From contig JACQDL010000014.1 in NCBI GenBank assembly GCA_016201065.1, positions 99,547 through 163,546 on the forward strand: a stretch of 64,000 nucleotides of DNA, read 5' to 3'. Position 1 is the first letter of the stretch. Every line of letters starts with the position of its first letter. This document shows, piece by piece, positions 56,692-64,000 of the stretch. Origin of the DNA: Actinomycetota bacterium. Lineage in GTDB: Bacteria; Actinomycetota; Actinomycetes; Mycobacteriales; JACQDL01. The notes beneath the pieces are model-generated. The model had not been told where the DNA came from and searched no databases. It saw nothing but the letters and a program-made list of their open reading frames with translations. Made by a program: the position numbers and the translations under genes.

Positions 56692-56886
56692 GACGAGCCC
56701 TCCCCGCGATCGGACTGTCCGAGCCGACCGGTGCGGTGACCCACCACCGCCGGCGCTCGACGCTGACCTCCGTTCCGGGTCCGGGGTCAGGCGCGGGGAT
56801 ACCGGATGGCCCGATCGGGCAACGCGATTCACCCGCGGGTGCTGCGGGTGAGCTCCGCGCCGAGGAGCTGCGCAGCGGTGTGTCGG

Positions 56887-58134
56887 TCAGCGCGGGACGG
56901 TGATCTCGTCCCGCACCGCGCGCAACGCGATGTCGGTGCGGTGGTGGGCTCCGGCGAACCCGACCTTGCCGACCCGGTCGTACGCGGCCTGCCGGGCAGC
57001 CGCAAGATCCGGACCGGTACCGGTGACCGACAGCACCCGTCCGCCGGAGGTGACGACCGCGCCGTCACGCCGGAGCTGGGTACCCGCGTGCAGCACACCC
57101 GGCAGCTCGCCGCCGATGACCACGTCCCCGGTCCGCGGGTCGGCCGGGTACCCGGCCGCGGCGACCACGATGGTCACCGCCGCGGCGTCCCGCCACACCA
57201 GGGGTGGCTGGCTGGCCAGCCGGCCGGTGGCCGTGGCGGCAAGCAGGCCGGCCAGCGGCGTCTCCAGCAGGGCGAGCACGACCTGGGTCTCCGGGTCACC
57301 GAACCGGCAGTTGAACTCGATCACCTTCGGCCCGGCCGCGGTGAGCACCAGGCCGACGTACAGCAGACCGACGAACGGCGTGCCACGCCGGGCCAGCTCG
57401 GCGACCGTCGGTCGCACCACCCGGGCCAGCACGTCCGCCACCAGACCAGGAGGCGCCCACGGCAGCGGCGCGTAGGCCCCCATGCCGCCGGTGTTGGGAC
57501 CGGTGTCGCCGTTGCCGACCCGCTTGAAGTCCTGCGCCGGCAGCAGCGGCACCGCGGTCTCGCCGTCGACCAGGCAGAACAGCGAGACCTCCGGGCCGGC
57601 GAGGTACTCCTCGACCACGACCTTCGACCGGCCGGCGGCGTGGGCCAGCGCCGCGTCCCGGTCGTCGGTCACCAGCACGCCCTTGCCGCCGGCCAGCCCA
57701 TCGTCCTTGACCACGTACGGCGCGCCGAGCTCGGCGAGGGCCGCCTCGACCTCCGCCTCGGTGACGCACTCCCGGGCGGCGGCCGTCGGCACCCCGGCCG
57801 CGGCCATCACCTCCTTGGCGAACGCCTTCGACCCCTCGATCCGGGCGGCCGCCGCGGACGGGCCGAAGCAGTCGATGCCGGCGGCCCGGATCGCGTCGGC
57901 GGCACCGGCCACCAGCGGCGCCTCCGGGCCGACCACCACCAGGTCGGCGGCGAACTCGGTGGCCAGCGCCGCGACCGCGGCGGGCGAGCCGAGGTCCACC
58001 GGGTGGAGCTCGGCGAGGGAGCCGACGCCTGGGTTACCGGGCGCGCAGATCAGATGGGTGACGCCGGGGTCGCCGGACAGCGCCAGGCACAGCGCATGCT
58101 CGCGGGCACCGCTTCCGAGAACGAGGACTCGCAC
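56887..58134 (-). CDS. purD: phosphoribosylamine-glycine ligase
   Basis: MRVLVLGSGAREHAL...ATP-grasp...GPNTGGMGAY. Confidence 0.95.
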   Translation of the reverse strand: MRVLVLGSGAREHALCLALSGDPGVTHLICAPGNPGVGSLAELHPVDLGSPAAVAALATEFAADLVVVGPEAPLVAGAADAIRAAGIDCFGPSAAAARIEGSKAFAKEVMAAAGVPTAAARECVTEAEVEAALAELGAPYVVKDDGLAGGKGVLVTDDRDAALAHAAGRSKVVVEEYLAGPEVSLFCLVDGETAVPLLPAQDFKRVGNGDTGPNTGGMGAYAPLPWAPPGLVADVLARVVRPTVAELARRGTPFVGLLYVGLVLTAAGPKVIEFNCRFGDPETQVVLALLETPLAGLLAATATGRLASQPPLVWRDAAAVTIVVAAAGYPADPRTGDVVIGGELPGVLHAGTQLRRDGAVVTSGGRVLSVTGTGPDLAAARQAAYDRVGKVGFAGAHHRTDIALRAVRDEITVPR

Positions 58135-58218
58135 GGTCCGCGAGCCTAACCGGCCCAGCCGGGAAGCCCGGGCACGACGGCCCGGAAGTCAGCCGACCGT
58201 GCCGCGTCGATCAGATCA

Positions 58219-60038
<1,820 letters not shown>

Positions 60039-60089
60039 CCTGCCCGACCGGTGCCGGTGCCGGTGGCCCGGGTCAGGGGGCGGCCCGCG

Positions 60090-61007
60090 TCAGCAGCCGG
60101 AGCCGCCGGCCGGCCGGAGCGTGTCGGGACCGACACCGTTGACGGCCCGCTGGTAGACCCGCAGGATGTCGGCGCCGAACCTGGCGCTGTAGGAGGAGGC
60201 CTCCTCGCATCCACCCTGGTTCAACCCACCGATCAGGCCGACGACGGCTGCGTCGTGATCGGCCCCGATGCCGCTCACGACCGGGCCGGGCAGCAGCCAC
60301 GGCGCCCCGCTGGTGCCATCGGCGTAGCCGTGGCAGTCGAACCCGACGTATCCCTGATACGCATAGGCCTGGTTCACGCAGGTGACCGGATCGTCATCGA
60401 CCCCGACCGAGTAGCCGACGACCTGAACCCGCTCGCCCACGACGTCCGCCGTCTCCAGCCGGTTCCCACCGACGACGTCCTGCACGTTCGTCAGGCGGCC
60501 CGCCCGGACCTGAGGCGCGACCCGGACAAAGGCGTAGTCGTGCCGCGGGTCCTGGTCGAGGACCCAACCCGGGTCGGCGTAGATCTGCTGCACGTCCCAC
60601 ACCCCGTACGGGGACACGCCATCGTGGTACATCGGCGCGAACTGCACGCCGGCCCCATTGCCGATCAGGCAATGGGCGGCGGTGAGCACCAGGTCGCCGG
60701 TCGGGCTGCGCACCACGCTCGCGGTACAGCCGTGATCACCACCGGTGCCGTTGAGAAAGAGCGCGCCCACGGCGGGCAGGCCACCGAACCCGATCGCGGT
60801 CGGGGCCGGACTCGGTCCTGGACTCGGAGCCGTCGCGGTGGTGGGAGCCGGTTCGGAGCTGGACATGAGCGCGGGGTCCATCGGGTGCGCCGGCATGGCG
60901 AAGGCCAGCGCCGCGCCGACGAGCACGATCAGCCGGCCGCGCCTGGACCCTGGCCGGCGGGCACGGCGGGCACGGCGGGGCCTGACCATGGTGTGGCGAC
61001 CCGTCAT
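60090..61007 (-). CDS. secreted trypsin-like serine peptidase
   Basis: Signal-like N-terminus, LTAAHC His motif and a GTSGAP Ser motif. The start is uncertain. Confidence 0.8.
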   Translation of the reverse strand: MTGRHTMVRPRRARRARRPGSRRGRLIVLVGAALAFAMPAHPMDPALMSSSEPAPTTATAPSPGPSPAPTAIGFGGLPAVGALFLNGTGGDHGCTASVVRSPTGDLVLTAAHCLIGNGAGVQFAPMYHDGVSPYGVWDVQQIYADPGWVLDQDPRHDYAFVRVAPQVRAGRLTNVQDVVGGNRLETADVVGERVQVVGYSVGVDDDPVTCVNQAYAYQGYVGFDCHGYADGTSGAPWLLPGPVVSGIGADHDAAVVGLIGGLNQGGCEEASSYSARFGADILRVYQRAVNGVGPDTLRPAGGSGC

Positions 61008-61087
61008 GGCGAGACGGTAACAGTGGGCGCCCGGATCTGCGCCCGAGCTTTGCCGGGAATGGCGGGCAATCCGGCTACCCTGAGGTC

Positions 61088-61336
61088 ATGCTGGTCGGTG
61101 GATTCTTCTCAGCGATCATCGTTGGGGCGATTGTCGGGTATCTCGGACGCTGGTTGGCCCCCAAGGCGCACGACCGTGCGCGGATCGGCATGCTGCTCAC
61201 CGTCTCGATCGGCGTGGTCGCCGCGTTGGCGGGCACCGCGATCGCCCATGCGCTGCACCAGGACCGCTTCATCGCCACGTTCCCGATCCAGGTGGTTGCC
61301 GCAGCGCTGTTCGTCAGTCTCTTCCGGCGCCGCTGA
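61088..61336 (+). CDS. GlsB/YeaQ/YmgE-family stress-response membrane protein
   Basis: 82 aa with three TM segments, IIVGAIVGYLGRWL. Confidence 0.8.
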   Translation: MLVGGFFSAIIVGAIVGYLGRWLAPKAHDRARIGMLLTVSIGVVAALAGTAIAHALHQDRFIATFPIQVVAAALFVSLFRRR

Positions 61337-61353
61337 CCCGTCCGGCGGGTGAT

Positions 61354-61389
61354 CCTCGCGTGGCCCGGTCGCCGCCGGGCCACGCGAGG
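61354..61389. terminator. bidirectional terminator hairpin (15-bp stem)
   Basis: cctcgcgtggcccgg-tcgccg-ccgggccacgcgagg lies between convergent genes. Confidence 0.65.
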
Positions 61390-61398
61390 TGTGTCAGG

Positions 61399-62610
61399 TC
61401 AGGCAGCGGTGACGCGGTCGACGGGCGACGCCTGCCCGTTGCCGGCCTTCGCCTGGTACTCGAAGCTCCGCTCGGAGGTGAACGGCGCCGACCACTGGCC
61501 GGCAGCGTTCGCCCGGACCAGCTTGAAGGGCCGCCACGCCGCCGCGCCAGGCGCACGGGTGTAGATCATCACCTCTGTGTTCGGCCGCGCCGTACCGTGT
61601 ATCGAGCCACGCACCCCGGCGACGGTACGGACGCCGGCCGGGCCGGACGCCACCGTCGCCTGCGCCGTGGTCCGCACCGGGACCATCCGGACCGGACCGG
61701 CGACGTCACCGCGCGCGGCAAACGTGAAGTCCGTCGTGGCCCGCCACACCGTCGACCAGTGGCCCCCGCCATCGACCCGGATGACCCGCGAACCAAGCCA
61801 GGTGCCCATGTAGTGCGGCTTGATGTAGACCCGGACCGTGCCGCCGGGGCGCCCCGCACCACTGAGCGTGTAGCTGACACCGAGCGTGCTGCTCGTCGGG
61901 GCCGACATGGTCACCGCGAACACCGCCCGGGCCAGCACCGAGGCCGTCCTGACCCCACCGGAGGCCGCGGCGAAGTAGGTGTCATCGCTCGGCCGGGTGG
62001 CCCAGCTCCACCGGCCGGTCCGGTCGGCCTGCACGTTCGCCACGGTCCGGAACTCCGCCTCGCCGTGCCCCTTCGCGTAGACCCGGACCCAGGCGCCGCC
62101 AGCGGCGGTGCCGCTCACCGTGACCGCGTGCCCGACGGTGAACTGGCTGGTCACGCGGATGGTGGCGGGGGCGACCCACTCGCCGTAGATCGGGTCGTCC
62201 CGCAGACCGAGGATGCGCGCGCACCCCCACGGACTCCAGCCCCGCTCGCGGTACAGCAGCCGGGCCCGGTAGTCCTGCTCGATCGGCGCGGCCTGGCTGG
62301 GCAGGCCGGCGCCGCCGACGCCCCGCCACGTGCCGAGGCTGAACTGGTAGGCGCCGTAGTAGCCGTTCCCGCTGTTGATCGCGTAGTTCTCCCCGGACTC
62401 GCAGACCCGCAGCCGGTGCCAGGCGTCTTCGCCGGGCGACCCGGGGGCGGCGTGTGCGGAGGAGACATCGCCGGACATCACCGCTGCGACCACGCCAGCG
62501 GTGATGGCGACGTTTCGGGCAGTGCCTGTGCTCTCTGACTGCTTGCGGTGGCGGCCCCGGTAACCGTAGAGATCGTTGACACCAGGGCGCACGGCAGCGT
62601 GACTCGGCAC
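61399..62610 (-). CDS. Rpf-type transglycosylase-like (resuscitation-promoting-factor family) secreted protein
   Basis: WHRLRVCESGENYAINSGNGYYGAYQFSLGTW...RGWSPWGCA, followed by a beta-rich C-terminal region. Confidence 0.85.
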   Translation of the reverse strand: MPSHAAVRPGVNDLYGYRGRHRKQSESTGTARNVAITAGVVAAVMSGDVSSAHAAPGSPGEDAWHRLRVCESGENYAINSGNGYYGAYQFSLGTWRGVGGAGLPSQAAPIEQDYRARLLYRERGWSPWGCARILGLRDDPIYGEWVAPATIRVTSQFTVGHAVTVSGTAAGGAWVRVYAKGHGEAEFRTVANVQADRTGRWSWATRPSDDTYFAAASGGVRTASVLARAVFAVTMSAPTSSTLGVSYTLSGAGRPGGTVRVYIKPHYMGTWLGSRVIRVDGGGHWSTVWRATTDFTFAARGDVAGPVRMVPVRTTAQATVASGPAGVRTVAGVRGSIHGTARPNTEVMIYTRAPGAAAWRPFKLVRANAAGQWSAPFTSERSFEYQAKAGNGQASPVDRVTAA

Positions 62611-62628
62611 GAAGCCATCCCTTTCCCA

Positions 62629-62760
62629 ACGCCTGCGAGGTGAGCTGTCGGGTTCGGGCGGGGAAGTAGCCCGGCCGCGGTCGCGGCTTCACCCCAAGGC
62701 CAGCGATCGGCCAGAAAATGGGTCCCCCGGCTCCTGCCCATGATCCGTCTCGTAGCGTTC
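62629..62760 (-). promoter_or_regulatory. c-di-AMP riboswitch (ydaO/yuaA class) in the Rpf-like gene leader
   Basis: The RNA reads ACGCU...AGCCGGGGGACCCA...GGGGUGAAGCC...CCCGAACCCGACAGCUCACCUCGCAGGCGU and ends 18 nt before the GTG at 62610. Confidence 0.8.
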
Positions 62761-62892
62761 ATGGCTCGTCGTTGCGGCCGGGCAGGACTCGGCGTTCGCC
62801 GCACGTGCGAGGCCCCCCAAGCGAGGCGCTTCCCCGCACGCTAGGTCGTCGACGGCGTGGCCGCAAGCACGCCACGCGGCGGGCAGGCAAGA

Positions 62893-63918
<1,026 letters not shown>

Positions 63919-64000
63919 GACTGTTCCCTCCCAGGAGCGCAACCGATGACGGACCGAATTATCCCGCACGCGGCCGCAGGCACCAATCACGACCACCCGG

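Overview
Very GC-rich actinobacterial chromosome segment. The gene content (bldC, XRE/DUF397 pairs, an Rpf-type muralytic gene behind a c-di-AMP riboswitch, DUF3073, DUF3151) suggests a Streptomyces- or Micromonospora-like actinomycete; the taxon is inference. The backbone holds an ECF sigma factor and housekeeping genes. It also has a dispersed sulfide-detox set: DUF302, a type II SQR, and a persulfide-dioxygenase/rhodanese fusion behind a CsoR/CstR-type operator. Further along are a GntR-linked gamma-glutamylation amine-catabolic operon, a PAS-GGDEF-EAL protein, a tyrA/argA/tadA block, a SpoIIE phosphatase, bldC and vdh. A split purine cluster (purM-purF, purL-purQ-purS-purC, purB, then purD and purA) ends with fbaA. 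Three accessory or unusual parts stand out. (1) A roughly 3.9 kb decayed integrative element sits in tRNA-Pro(CGG), bounded by a 63-bp direct repeat. It carries a gutted integrase, an IS4-family IS, two RelE/ParE-Phd cassettes (one toxin frameshifted) and four copies of a GTACAGCA-N5-GTACAGCA motif. (2) A roughly 9 kb island lies between purB and purD. It holds an HTH/XRE/flavoprotein trio, a 5'-truncated frameshifted LLM oxidoreductase pseudogene, a VWA locus, and a translationally coupled SF1 helicase-DUF559 nuclease plus HEPN (AbiJ-like) gene pair. That pair is my best candidate for an undescribed defence module. (3) Several genes are disrupted by short duplications or frameshifts. The window has two tRNAs and one riboswitch, and I saw no rRNA or CRISPR array. 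All homology calls come from reading the translated ORFs by eye; no searches were run.
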